A stretch of 64,000 nt of DNA from positions 320,001 to 384,000 of the forward strand of contig JBHLNF010000002.1 in assembly GCA_048937405.1 (NCBI GenBank). Reading direction: 5' to 3'. This stretch comes from Promethearchaeota archaeon (GTDB taxonomy: Archaea; Asgardarchaeota; Lokiarchaeia; Sigyniarchaeales; SOKP01). Below, piece by piece: positions 41,415 to 52,120 of this stretch. The notes below the pieces were generated by a model. That model was given only the letters and a program-made list of their open reading frames with translations. It did no database searches and was not told the origin of the DNA. The position numbers were made by a program, and so were the translations under genes. Each line of letters begins with the position of its first letter. Positions within the stretch are counted from its first letter, which is position 1.

Positions 41415-41574
41415 GAAAATCTCATTTGCAATAGAAATTTTTTACTTTATTAAAAAGAAGCTCAGTTTAATTCTTAATAATATAGTATCAAAATAAAACT
41501 TTACTATAGTTCTTAAATTGATTATATTTTTTTATGTTTTTAAAGTTTGATAAATACTGAATAAAATATTTTTA

Positions 41575-42702
41575 TTAATCTATACTCAAATTCAATTCTG
41601 AACGTTCATTTAATTCATCTAAAATTTTACAATATTCAGATCTTTTCTCTTCCAGATACTCAATAACTTTTCTTTCATCAGTATCCAAATAAGAATAATA
41701 AGGGAAAATAGTTTCGATTCTTTTAGAAAGATCATTAATTAATTTGTCATACCATTCGTTTGGTGTTTTTAGCATATTTTGAATTTTCTTTTTTAGTTTT
41801 TCTCTTTTCTTTTCATATACTTCATTATTATTTTCTTCACTTAGCTTATCTAATTCATCATAAGCAGTAACTATAGCATTTTCAATTTTTTCTCTAAATT
41901 TTGGAATACGATATGTCTTTTTAAAAAAGTCTGGATCCCATTCATAAAGATATTTTTCATCATCTTCAGCTAATTCTTTATTATCAGTAATAACTATATC
42001 TTCTTTAGGTACCATTATCAGCCCATAATTTCTCTGTAATTGCGCTAAAGCTTTTTTACGAAGTACTTCCTCAACATATTCTATCTCTTTTAATGCTTTT
42101 TCCATATTTTTATTAATATTTTTAATTACTTTTTCAACTTTTTCTACCATTTCCTCTTTTTCTAACTCATATTTTAATTCTATTAGGTCATAAGTAGAAG
42201 AAATCCCTAATTCTGGATCTTTTAATCTTAATCCCGCAATTCCTAAAAAATGGGATTCAGATTTCTTTTCACGATGGTCAAATATTAGCCCCACAGCATA
42301 AGGATTAGGGATTTGGTATCCAAGTTGTGTCATACAATCGATAGGACTGTAGAAAAAACCAAAGCCAGGATGTGTGTGGAACCATCCTATAATAAAATCA
42401 GTTTTATCATCTTGGATCGATCTTTCAAAGACAGATGCATCAATTTGAGCCATATCAACATATTGCTTATTTTCATATTTCACACCTGCTCTATCTCCAA
42501 CCACCATTGGGATTGCGTCTTTTACAATGACCTCAGAGTTATTATTGATCGAACCAATTAGAATGCCATAAACTTCTCGCCATTTTTCAGAGTTTAGATC
42601 ATCATTTGCATATCGAATTCCATAACCCACTATTCTCTCATATGCTTTAAGAGTTAGTAGCACTGGTGTCTTAACCGGATCAATTTTTTTACTTTTTGGC
42701 AT
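41575..42702 (-). CDS. MPN+/JAMM metalloisopeptidase-like domain with C-terminal coiled coil
   Basis: EVYGILIG...GWFHTHPGFGFFYSPID complete JAMM motif. Confidence 0.85.
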   Translation of the reverse strand: MPKSKKIDPVKTPVLLTLKAYERIVGYGIRYANDDLNSEKWREVYGILIGSINNNSEVIVKDAIPMVVGDRAGVKYENKQYVDMAQIDASVFERSIQDDKTDFIIGWFHTHPGFGFFYSPIDCMTQLGYQIPNPYAVGLIFDHREKKSESHFLGIAGLRLKDPELGISSTYDLIELKYELEKEEMVEKVEKVIKNINKNMEKALKEIEYVEEVLRKKALAQLQRNYGLIMVPKEDIVITDNKELAEDDEKYLYEWDPDFFKKTYRIPKFREKIENAIVTAYDELDKLSEENNNEVYEKKREKLKKKIQNMLKTPNEWYDKLINDLSKRIETIFPYYSYLDTDERKVIEYLEEKRSEYCKILDELNERSELNLSID

Positions 42703-42821
42703 AAATAATGAAAATTTTACTTTTGATTTGATATACTTTAAAATTTTTAAGTCTTATTCTATATAGAATTTAAATAAAATCTAAATATAAAAATTATATT
42801 CAACAAAATTCTCCATTAAAT

Positions 42822-43364
42822 ATGAAAGTAATTGCAATTTGCGGACTTCCAGGATCAGGAAAAACAACAGCCATAAAAGCAATAGAAGATTTAGGTATTG
42901 TTGTATCAATGGGAGATGTTGTTCGGAATGAAGCGAGAAAAATGCATTTGGAACCCTCTGGATTTATCATTGGGGAGATAGCGAAGGAATTGCGCGAAAA
43001 AGGGGGCCCTGCAATAATAGCTGAGAAATGTGTGGAATTAATTAAAAACTTGGATACCGAAGTTGTTTTTGTCGATGGAGTAAGATCCTTCTATGAAGTT
43101 AATGTATTTAGAGAATTTTGGAAATTTCCGATTGTAGCTATTATTACTGATGAACAAAAAAGAATCAATCGTCTATTTGAGCGAGGTCGAAGTGATGATC
43201 CAAAACATATTGAAGAATTAAAAGAGAGAGACAAAAGAGAAAGAGAATTTGGGCAGGAGGAAGTTTTGGAAAAAGCCAATTACACCATTTTAAATAATTC
43301 TACTATTGATGCTCTAAAGAAAAATTCAAGAAAAATAATTATAGAAATAATTAATAACTACTAA
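42822..43364 (+). CDS. P-loop kinase, UPF0200/dephospho-CoA kinase-like
   Basis: GLPGSGKT, MGDVVR, DGVRS and RGRSDD. Confidence 0.8.
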   Translation: MKVIAICGLPGSGKTTAIKAIEDLGIVVSMGDVVRNEARKMHLEPSGFIIGEIAKELREKGGPAIIAEKCVELIKNLDTEVVFVDGVRSFYEVNVFREFWKFPIVAIITDEQKRINRLFERGRSDDPKHIEELKERDKREREFGQEEVLEKANYTILNNSTIDALKKNSRKIIIEIINNY

Positions 43365-43377
43365 TCTTTTAAAATTA

Positions 43378-44280
43378 TTATTTTAAGTAATCCGCTATTA
43401 TTTTTGCTAATGACGCCTTACTAGCTTCATTATCAATTGAGTCAGTACCAATTATTTCATCGACTCCAGCATTTAAAATCCTAAATCTAGCTTGGTCTAA
43501 TAATAGTGTGTGGGTAGCAACTGCAAAAATTGTTCTTGCTCCACTCTCATTTGCAATTTTTATTGCTGTTGCCATTGTACCTCCTGTAGCAATAATATCA
43601 TCGGCAATAACCACATCTTTTTCTTTTAGGTTTAATACACCACTCATTTCTATTTCTCCTGTTTTGACATTTCTTTTTTTTTCTAATATCTCTACTGGAG
43701 TATTTTCTCCGAAGTGTTTAGCAAATGCGGTAGATCTTTCAATAGCTCCTTTATCAGGGGATACAACCACAATATCTTTAGCTCCTTTTGCTTTAATAGA
43801 ATCCGCTAATAATTTCATAGAATCAATATTTATAACTTTACATGCACATTCTTCCATTATTAAAGTAGAATGGATATCTACAACATAAAATTCGTCTATT
43901 CCTAAAGTATTTATAAAGCGAAAAATTACATTACCAAATTGACTTTCTCCTGGTCTAAATATTTTATCTTGACGAGCGTAAGCTAGATAGGGTACAACAA
44001 CGATGATTTTTTTTGCTCCCATACGCTTAACGGAGTCAATCATCATGAAGAGTTCTAATAATCTAGCATTTTGATCTGAACTAGCGCTTGGCCCCGTTGT
44101 TTGTACAATAATTACTTCTTTTTCAGAAATTATTGTTTCATCTTCAATATTTATTCTTAAATAATTTTCTCCATCCGGAAATCTTTTAATCTCTGTGTTT
44201 ATCGCCTCAATATCCAATTCTTTAGCAATTTTTACTCCAAGAATTTGTGAAGCAGGTCCTGCTATTAATATTCTTTTCAT
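43378..44280 (-). CDS. prs: Ribose-phosphate pyrophosphokinase
   Basis: FPDGE, PYLAYARQD, SPDKG and DDIIATGGT. Confidence 0.97.
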   Translation of the reverse strand: MKRILIAGPASQILGVKIAKELDIEAINTEIKRFPDGENYLRINIEDETIISEKEVIIVQTTGPSASSDQNARLLELFMMIDSVKRMGAKKIIVVVPYLAYARQDKIFRPGESQFGNVIFRFINTLGIDEFYVVDIHSTLIMEECACKVINIDSMKLLADSIKAKGAKDIVVVSPDKGAIERSTAFAKHFGENTPVEILEKKRNVKTGEIEMSGVLNLKEKDVVIADDIIATGGTMATAIKIANESGARTIFAVATHTLLLDQARFRILNAGVDEIIGTDSIDNEASKASLAKIIADYLK

Positions 44281-44335
44281 TCTTTTTCAACCTCTTGATT
44301 ATAAATCATAGAAATTCAAATTTTAATTTTCTTTC

Positions 44336-45055
44336 TTATAACTTTTTTAAGAATTCGAGAAAATATTTAAAAATTTCTTCTCTACGTCCTTTAAATGAAT
44401 GTCCACCATTATCAAATTTAATTACATTATTTTCATTTAATTCAAGAAGTTCTTGTATTTGTATTAGATTATGAAATGGAACTCTATTATCATCTTTACA
44501 ATGTGCAATGAGTATTCTATCATGGTTATTTTGATGTTTTCGTAAAAAATTATGCGGACTAAATTTTCTAATAGCTTCTTCTTGAAATTTAACTTGAGTT
44601 GTATGATAATCATATCTGGGAGCAAGAGCAATTAAGATTTTGGCTCTATCATCAATAAAACCATGAGATAATACTATTCCTCCTCCTAAACTTCTTCCGA
44701 CAAGAGCAATCTTATCATTTAACAGTCTTTCTGATTGATGTTCAAGTATCCAATCTAAAACTATATGAATATCTGAAAATATTAATGGAAATATAATATT
44801 CCATTTTGATCTATGATTAGTTTTTGTTTCACCATGAGCTCTATAATCATACGATAAAACATAATAACCATTTTCGGCAAATTTCCTGGAAAAGAATTTT
44901 ACAAAACTACTTTCTCTATCTTCTTGAAATCCTGGTAAAATTATTATAAAGGGTGCTTTAGGATTGGTTTTAGCCGAATAATATATTGACCCTTTTAGTA
45001 TTATATCATCTGGTTCTGTAGGAATTTCAATATCTTCGATTATTATATCTATCAT
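44336..45055 (-). CDS. Alpha/beta hydrolase
   Basis: GRSLGG nucleophile elbow, DNRVP, GGH. Confidence 0.85.
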   Translation of the reverse strand: MIDIIIEDIEIPTEPDDIILKGSIYYSAKTNPKAPFIIILPGFQEDRESSFVKFFSRKFAENGYYVLSYDYRAHGETKTNHRSKWNIIFPLIFSDIHIVLDWILEHQSERLLNDKIALVGRSLGGGIVLSHGFIDDRAKILIALAPRYDYHTTQVKFQEEAIRKFSPHNFLRKHQNNHDRILIAHCKDDNRVPFHNLIQIQELLELNENNVIKFDNGGHSFKGRREEIFKYFLEFLKKL

Positions 45056-45056
45056 T

Positions 45057-45506
45057 TTATATTTCTTTTAATTCTTTTAGTTTATATTTTTTGATTAAAT
45101 CTTTAAGTATGTCTATGGCAAAATAAGTACAATATTGTTCTTCTTTTGGTAACCCCAATAGTGCATCATTGATGTCTTCTGCTTTCAAATTTTCAGCAAA
45201 ATCAATAGATTTATTCTTAATTAAAATTGTAAGTTGACTTCCAGTTGCAACCATTACACCACATCCATCTGTTATAAAATTAGCTTCAATTATGTTCTTG
45301 TTTTCTATTTTTAAATACAAACCTAATAGGTACTTTTTTGGACCTCCTCTTCTTTCCTCGAAGACAGTGATATCTTTTTCTGGAAGTTTTCCCCAATTTT
45401 TTGGATTATAAAACAAATTCACAATTTTTTCATTATGTTCTATAATAGCTTCCTTTTTAATTCTCTTTTGAAGTTTTTCTACATATTCTTCAAAATTATT
45501 TGTCAT
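45057..45506 (-). CDS. IscU/NifU-N-like scaffold protein (degenerate)
   Basis: NPKNWG, FITDGCG and LPKEEQYC. Confidence 0.75.
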   Translation of the reverse strand: MTNNFEEYVEKLQKRIKKEAIIEHNEKIVNLFYNPKNWGKLPEKDITVFEERRGGPKKYLLGLYLKIENKNIIEANFITDGCGVMVATGSQLTILIKNKSIDFAENLKAEDINDALLGLPKEEQYCTYFAIDILKDLIKKYKLKELKEI

Positions 45507-45525
45507 ATTTTCGCAAATTTTTTGT

Positions 45526-45792
45526 TTATTCTAAATGCTTTAAAACATGTTTTTCTAATCCTACAATATCTTCAGGTTTTCTTTGATATTTTTTAAGAAT
45601 ATCTATAATTCTGTGATTTAAATCTTGATGTTCTTCCAAACAACTTGATTTTTCTAGTAAATGTTCTCCTCGTCGGATAGCAGCAGTATTTTCTGTAACT
45701 TTTATAAGTTCTGTAGCAATAATTCCATTGATATAAATTAAATCTGCTAACATATTTTTAATATATAAAAGAATTGAAGTTTGTTCAGACAT
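45526..45792 (-). CDS. Hypothetical protein
   Basis: 88-aa ORF in operon-like arrangement. Confidence 0.6.
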   Translation of the reverse strand: MSEQTSILLYIKNMLADLIYINGIIATELIKVTENTAAIRRGEHLLEKSSCLEEHQDLNHRIIDILKKYQRKPEDIVGLEKHVLKHLE

Positions 45793-45909
45793 AACTAGAA
45801 AAAGTTTACTTAGAATAAAAAGTGTAATTTTTACAACAATTTTAATACCAATAAGAAAATCTAATTCGGGAAATTTATAAAATTAAAACTAAATATATGA
45901 TTTTGTTAA

Positions 45910-46395
45910 ATGGATTTAAAAGACTTTAAGGATGGATTAACTAGCCTTGCATTATTGTTATTTTTTTTTTCCTTCACTCTCTTAATAGATTATTTTGTCT
46001 TAGAATCTTATATCGGATTGGGTGTTCAAGAAAGAAATTGCATTGTTATTTTATGTTTAATAAATATTATAATTACGTTCTATTATTTATTGAATGCTAC
46101 AAGATTAGAAAAAGTATTCAAATTAGAGAATAAAAACATAATAAAATTTGCAAAAAAGATAGGAATCATAACCTTGATTTATATTATCCATCCTTTTTTA
46201 TTTTCATCTCTTTTTTTAAGAGACTTATATAGCCTTGGATATACTCTAATCTTTCTTATATTTCTTGTAGAAATAATATTAATTGGTCTAGTTTTTAAGG
46301 AAGTATATGATTTATTGTTTGTAGAAGAAGTTAAAACGGATTTTGAATTAGAAGCAAACCGTAAAAAATATTTGGAAAAGAAACCAAATTTTTAA
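45910..46395 (+). CDS. Hypothetical membrane protein
   Basis: Four TM segments. Confidence 0.6.
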   Translation: MDLKDFKDGLTSLALLLFFFSFTLLIDYFVLESYIGLGVQERNCIVILCLINIIITFYYLLNATRLEKVFKLENKNIIKFAKKIGIITLIYIIHPFLFSSLFLRDLYSLGYTLIFLIFLVEIILIGLVFKEVYDLLFVEEVKTDFELEANRKKYLEKKPNF

Positions 46396-46428
46396 CTGGA
46401 GAAATATTTTAGTTTTTGTAAAAGAAAT

Positions 46429-47661
46429 TTATGATTTTTTTGCTAATTTTTGTATTGCAGAGTCAATCATTTTTAGTTTTACTGAATATTTTTCCATAAG
46501 AGCAGCAAATTTTTCGATCTCGATATCATTATTATCCTTTAAAAGTTTTAATTCATTGATAGTTCTTACAACACCCGCTTTCTTATCAATTAATCTTTCC
46601 TTTTTGCTGTAGGGAATCTTTTCTTCTAATTTCTTCTTCTGATATGATTTAAATCGTTTAATATTAAGATCTTTTGGTACAAATTTAGTTAAGTATATTA
46701 TACTTTTTGGAACAAAAGGAGCAAGATTTTCTGGAATGATGATAATTGGTTCTGGGTCTTGAATCTTTTTTATATCTTCATATTCTAATTGATCAGCATT
46801 ATTTTCACTTAAATTTTCCTTTACTATCGATAAATTCATTTCAATATTAGTTTTTTCATCATTCGAAACTGAAAGAGTACTAAGCATATCTTCCCAAATA
46901 TCTCGTGCTTTTAAAAAATACCATTTAGCTTTTTGCTGTAATTTTGTAATTTTGTCATGATTAATTGATGTTATTGAAGATTCTACAGAGGCACGTGCTT
47001 TAAGAGAACAAGCTTTTCCCATATCATAATGAAATTGTGCTCTTATTTGTTGTTTCTTTTTCTCGTCATGTTTTTTAAGATAAAATAATCTTTTTGATAA
47101 AAGACTCAAACCAGCATACAATTTTGAAGAAAAATAAAGATTATTGTTATTCTCCTCTCGTAAAGCAGCAATACTTTGAGCAATAGTTCTCGAATCTTCT
47201 GAGTTCAACTCTAAATTCTCTGGATTTAGAGTTATCCCCAAATCGTCTTGATTTATAGCAGCAACAATAAAATAAGCGGCACTTTTATAAATCTTACTAC
47301 TTTCCGTCATAGCAATAATTGCATTTTCCCATTCCTCTTCCTCTTCATATAGATCAGATAATTCAGAATAAGCTTTAGCCATGACCCATAAGACTCGACC
47401 ACATTCAAACATAATGTCTTGAACTTCTATCTCCTTCTTGGCTTGAGGATCATAAAAATTTGGAGTTAATTCTAATTCTTTTAATATTTCTAGATGATTT
47501 CTATTTGTATAGTTTATATTCAAAATCTTTGTATATTCCATTATAAGATTTAAATCATCTAAACTGAAGTGTTCTTCTTCTTTCTCTAAAGCTACTTCAA
47601 TTTTTTTTATAGAGAAGTGTAAATATCTTATCCTTCTCATTGTTTCTTCGTCAAAAAACAT
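46429..47661 (-). CDS. Alpha-helical (TPR-like) hypothetical protein
   Basis: 410-aa helical ORF. Confidence 0.6.
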   Translation of the reverse strand: MFFDEETMRRIRYLHFSIKKIEVALEKEEEHFSLDDLNLIMEYTKILNINYTNRNHLEILKELELTPNFYDPQAKKEIEVQDIMFECGRVLWVMAKAYSELSDLYEEEEEWENAIIAMTESSKIYKSAAYFIVAAINQDDLGITLNPENLELNSEDSRTIAQSIAALREENNNNLYFSSKLYAGLSLLSKRLFYLKKHDEKKKQQIRAQFHYDMGKACSLKARASVESSITSINHDKITKLQQKAKWYFLKARDIWEDMLSTLSVSNDEKTNIEMNLSIVKENLSENNADQLEYEDIKKIQDPEPIIIIPENLAPFVPKSIIYLTKFVPKDLNIKRFKSYQKKKLEEKIPYSKKERLIDKKAGVVRTINELKLLKDNNDIEIEKFAALMEKYSVKLKMIDSAIQKLAKKS

Positions 47662-47892
47662 GTAAAAATCAGCATTTTTTTATAGATTCAAGTTATATAA
47701 CAATATTTAATATTTCCTTTAAAATCTTTTGATGGAAATGTAAAAATTTTTTAATAAAATCAGATCTTTCCCTTTTTTTCTTAAATTTGAGTTAATTAAG
47801 ATATTTTTATCATCATTTTAAAACTAATCTATCAAAATGTTTTTATGAATGTATATTTTAGAGAACTCTGTAAATTAAGAATTTTTTTAAAA

Positions 47893-49200
47893 ATGAGAAA
47901 AAAAATTATTTTTATCTTTGAATTTGTTTCGGGAGGTGGTTTTAATTTAGAAAAGATTCCCATATCACTTTTTTGTGAAGGATTTGGGATGTTAAGATCT
48001 ATCATAGCAGATTTCAAAGCATTAGATTTTGAGGTATATACAATTTTAGATTATAGAATTTTCTTTTTATCAAGTTTTTTACAAGCTGATATTATTAAAA
48101 TAGTAGAAAAAAATGATGAATATATCAAACTTTTCAAAGAGATGGTAAATAAATCTAATTATAGTTTTATCATCGCTCCTGAAACATCAATGACTCTTTA
48201 TAATTTAACGAAAATTGTTAAAAAATGTAAAAAAATAGTATTGAGTACCAATCTAAAAGGTATAATGCATGGTACATCAAAATTACTAACTTATCAGTTT
48301 TTTAAAAAAAGTGATATATTGACACCAAGAACATTTTTGATACTTAAGAAGAAAAACTACTTCAATGCAGATTTTTTAATTCAAAAATTTAAAGAATTTA
48401 AAAATTCGATTGTAATCAAACCTGATGATGGTGTAGGTGCGGAAAATATATTTCATTTTGAAGAGGAATCTCAAATCTTCAATTTCTTAACAAATATTAA
48501 TAATCATATAGACAAAAATAGGAGTTATATAATTCAGGAATTCATTGAAGGGAAAAATTTAAGTGCATCATTGATCGGTGCACCGAATAATGAAGAAAGT
48601 CCAAAAATCTTGAGTATAAATTCACAAAATATTAATCTTAAGAATTTTATGCCGGAATATCTTGGAGGGTATACTCCGCTGAGTAATTATGAAGAATTAA
48701 TAGAGAAATTATCATCAATTTTAAGAAAGATAAGTAATCTAAAAATTGAAGGCTATTTTGGTATTGATTTCATAGAACAGAATAATGGTTTATTAAATAT
48801 GATAGAAATTAATCCAAGATTAACCACATCTTATATAGGACTTAGAAATGCAATTAATTTGAATTGCGCAGAGTTAATTTTTAATTCAAGGTTAAATCTT
48901 CTGAGAATTCCTGAAGTAAAATTGCTAAATCATTCTATTTTTACGCGAATTGATTTTTATTCTAATGAACATCAAAGTGTAGAAGAGTTCTATGAATATA
49001 TAATGCCCAAATTAATAAAACTAATCCCCGAATTTGTTACTCCTCCAATAGCACTTGATAATTCAAATCTTTATTCAAGTTTTATTGCAACAAAAACAAA
49101 AGATTCAAATTCTTCAAAAATTAGAATGGGTAAAATTCTTGAGTCTTTAGAAAGTCTAAATTTAAGAGTTATTAGACCAGTAAAAAAAGAATTATTGTGA
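47893..49200 (+). CDS. ATP-grasp ligase (MfnD/tyramine-glutamate ligase-like)
   Basis: FEFVSGGG, EGFGML, IIAPE, KPDDGVG and EINPRLTTSY. Confidence 0.8.
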   Translation: MRKKIIFIFEFVSGGGFNLEKIPISLFCEGFGMLRSIIADFKALDFEVYTILDYRIFFLSSFLQADIIKIVEKNDEYIKLFKEMVNKSNYSFIIAPETSMTLYNLTKIVKKCKKIVLSTNLKGIMHGTSKLLTYQFFKKSDILTPRTFLILKKKNYFNADFLIQKFKEFKNSIVIKPDDGVGAENIFHFEEESQIFNFLTNINNHIDKNRSYIIQEFIEGKNLSASLIGAPNNEESPKILSINSQNINLKNFMPEYLGGYTPLSNYEELIEKLSSILRKISNLKIEGYFGIDFIEQNNGLLNMIEINPRLTTSYIGLRNAINLNCAELIFNSRLNLLRIPEVKLLNHSIFTRIDFYSNEHQSVEEFYEYIMPKLIKLIPEFVTPPIALDNSNLYSSFIATKTKDSNSSKIRMGKILESLESLNLRVIRPVKKELL

Positions 49201-50062
49201 AAGACCCATAATGAAGTAATAGCGAAAAAATTAAACTTGTTTCAATTTTTAGTTCTTTATTCATACATAGGCTATATGATAATAACCATAATGACCACAC
49301 TTGAAAAATAATTAGTAATATTTTATCAAGAAGATTGAATATACTAATACTCAAAAGATCGAAGAATTTAAATCCTAGATGAGCTATAAGATAAATTATC
49401 ATTGGAAATTGTATGAATGGAAAAGAAATTAAAAATCTCATTGAATTCTCTTTTTTCTTAAACAAGATTCGTGCAATTCCTTCGATTATAATGAAAAAAA
49501 AAATTGAATTTAAGAAAAAACTCAGGGTTATTAATATTCTCAACGTAGTATCTATATTTAATTGTTCAAAATCAATAAAAAATAATGAGAATGAATAGAA
49601 GTTATTTAATCCACATAAAATTGAACCTATTATCAATATACCTAAAGATAATATAATTGTGATAAGTTTATCGTCATTCCCAAAACAGATAAATCTTTTA
49701 GAGGTTAATTTCATAAATTTTCGTAATATTGGTGATTTTAATTTTTGATGAGAGGAATTTGGAGTTTTAATTAATTCAATATTATCTTTTAGAGAATTAT
49801 ATGCATATTGTCCTAATTCTTTCAAGTAATATTTTTTATCTTTTTTTTGTTGAATTAATTCTGATAAACTTTCTAAATGATGATAAATTGTACCAGTACT
49901 CACTCCAAGCACCTTTTTAAGATGAGTAAAAGATGTAAACTCATTATCACCAATAATAGTAATGATTTTTCTTCGTATTTCATGACCTAATGCATAATAA
50001 TAACGTGATTCCGCATCCTGTCCATTAGGTTCTTTATCTATTTCATCAACTCTATTGGAAAT
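49172..50062 (-). CDS. ArsR-type wHTH fused to a membrane domain; probable ATT start
   Basis: Frame extends upstream of GTG 49912 through YYYALGHEIRRKII (wHTH helix) to ATT 50062 behind GGAGG. Confidence 0.7.
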   Translation of the reverse strand: MSNRVDEIDKEPNGQDAESRYYYALGHEIRRKIITIIGDNEFTSFTHLKKVLGVSTGTIYHHLESLSELIQQKKDKKYYLKELGQYAYNSLKDNIELIKTPNSSHQKLKSPILRKFMKLTSKRFICFGNDDKLITIILSLGILIIGSILCGLNNFYSFSLFFIDFEQLNIDTTLRILITLSFFLNSIFFFIIIEGIARILFKKKENSMRFLISFPFIQFPMIIYLIAHLGFKFFDLLSISIFNLLDKILLIIFQVWSLWLLSYSLCMNKELKIETSLIFSLLLHYGSFTIILFLLV

Positions 50063-50064
50063 TC

Positions 50065-50487
50065 TTAATTAGCCTCCGTATGTTTTTCTAATGTGAAAAG
50101 TATATTTAAAACATTAAAGAAAATAATGAGAAAACCCATAACTCCTAAAAAGAAACCAATACCTGCGCTATAAAAATATTCAATTTCTTGAGAGATATAA
50201 TCAATAAAAAAAATTATTAGAAATCCTAAACCAACAAAATATACAATAACAGATTTTATTTTTAGCTCGATTTTATAAATCACTAAAAGACTTGCAAATA
50301 AGCATATAATTCCACTCATTAATGGAAATAAAAATAAAAATGAATCTTCTATATTTACAGATGTGGTAATTATATAAATTTCAATTAAAGTATAATTAGA
50401 AAACCATGAAAAGAATTCAGATATTATTAATATTATTGAACCAATTATACCTAAAATATAACTATTTATATATTTTTTAAGGTTCAT
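50065..50487 (-). CDS. Hypothetical membrane protein
   Basis: Four TMs. Confidence 0.6.
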   Translation of the reverse strand: MNLKKYINSYILGIIGSIILIISEFFSWFSNYTLIEIYIITTSVNIEDSFLFLFPLMSGIICLFASLLVIYKIELKIKSVIVYFVGLGFLIIFFIDYISQEIEYFYSAGIGFFLGVMGFLIIFFNVLNILFTLEKHTEAN

Positions 50488-50624
50488 CCAAAATCATCCA
50501 AATTTTACCATGAAAATTACAAAATTATAAAAATTCAGAAAGAATAATATTAAAATAAATTTTGAAAATATTAATTTTTCTTAGATTTTTGGTAAGAAAT
50601 CAATTAATAAAAGATTGAGATAAA

Positions 50625-52037
50625 ATGTCTTCCCAATCATTAACGGAAATAGAAACAGAATCCCCTCCATTATTCAATTATTTAAAACAAGAGATACCTC
50701 TAGAAGACCTAAAAGATTATGCGTCACCTAAACGAATAACATCTATAGATTTTCTTAAGGGTTTTGCGATTGTTTTTGTAATGTTAGCTCACACTGCTCA
50801 AGGATGGCTTGCTCCGGATTCAGATTATTTGTATGGATTAATGTTTGCGTTATTAGACATTTTAGGTCCCTCTTTATTTGTTTTTCTTTCCGCTCTGAGT
50901 GTTATTTTTAGTATAAAAAGAAAAGAAGGAATTGTTCATCCCAAAATTATCAGAAATCGGATTTTTACCCGTGGTCTTGTAATGATAATTATAGGAATGA
51001 TAACTAATATCGTTGTTATTCAGGATGGAGTTGTAACTGTTGCCATTTATGGTTGGAATATTATAACTTTCATTGGATTTGCTCAAATTTTCTCATATTA
51101 TATCTTGAAATTAAGAAAGTCAAGACGCATTTTAATTGGATTATTGATAATATTTTTATCTCCTGCGTTAAGAGCTATACTTTATATAGGAAAAGAAGAT
51201 GGAAACATAATACTGAGTTTATTTTGGTATATTATTACATCTCCAACACCACATTTAACACTTTTGCCATGGGTGTCTATTTGCTTTATTTCAACGATTT
51301 TTGGAGAATACATATATGAAGCCATGAATAAAGGAACAACAGATGCTTATATCGGGTTATTTCGGATATTTTTTGTGTGGGGAATAATATTTGTACTTAT
51401 TGGGATTTTTTCTTATTATCCTAACGGATTTAATTTTGCAGATTGGCAACCTGGTTGGTTTTTACAAACACCCACATCAATGGAGGAAATTGGGGGAATA
51501 TCAGAATATCCACAATTACACTTACTTGCGATTGCGAATAAACAGGATTTTTTTGAAATTCCTGGAATGCCAAGTTTTTTAATAAGGGGAACAAGTGCAA
51601 ATATGTTTTATAATCAAGGCATGGCATTATTAATTATTTCGATATTCTTCTATTATATCGATATTAAGAAAAATTCCAATAATTTCACCAATATGTTAAT
51701 ATACTATGGAAAAACATCACTCAGTTTATTTCTTATTCACTTTTTATTTATCCCGTTATTTTTCAATCAATATAGTGTTGTTATTTTCTTGATAGTAAGC
51801 TTATCATATATTGGATTTCTTGGTATTTTTATGTACATATGGATGGAATATGCTAATGGCGTAGGTTCCCCTGAGTGGTTAATGATACAAATTGGTAGGA
51901 TTGGTCAAAAATCTGGTGAAGCTGTCAAGAAAACAAGCAAAAAAGTATATAACAGACTTATAAAAGAAAGGGTTAAAAAGATGGAAGATTTCATGAAAAA
52001 ACTATCAAAAGATGATAGTAATAAAAATAATTCTTAA
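50625..52037 (+). CDS. HGSNAT/DUF1624-like transmembrane acyltransferase (paralog 1)
   Basis: RITSIDFLKGFAIVFVMLAH, PSLFVFLS and GKTSL. Confidence 0.8.
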   Translation: MSSQSLTEIETESPPLFNYLKQEIPLEDLKDYASPKRITSIDFLKGFAIVFVMLAHTAQGWLAPDSDYLYGLMFALLDILGPSLFVFLSALSVIFSIKRKEGIVHPKIIRNRIFTRGLVMIIIGMITNIVVIQDGVVTVAIYGWNIITFIGFAQIFSYYILKLRKSRRILIGLLIIFLSPALRAILYIGKEDGNIILSLFWYIITSPTPHLTLLPWVSICFISTIFGEYIYEAMNKGTTDAYIGLFRIFFVWGIIFVLIGIFSYYPNGFNFADWQPGWFLQTPTSMEEIGGISEYPQLHLLAIANKQDFFEIPGMPSFLIRGTSANMFYNQGMALLIISIFFYYIDIKKNSNNFTNMLIYYGKTSLSLFLIHFLFIPLFFNQYSVVIFLIVSLSYIGFLGIFMYIWMEYANGVGSPEWLMIQIGRIGQKSGEAVKKTSKKVYNRLIKERVKKMEDFMKKLSKDDSNKNNS

Positions 52038-52120
52038 GATTTTTTAATCTAAAATTATTATTAAAGACCTAATTATTAATAATATTTTCATAAATTATTG
52101 ACTTAATTTGAAGATAATAA

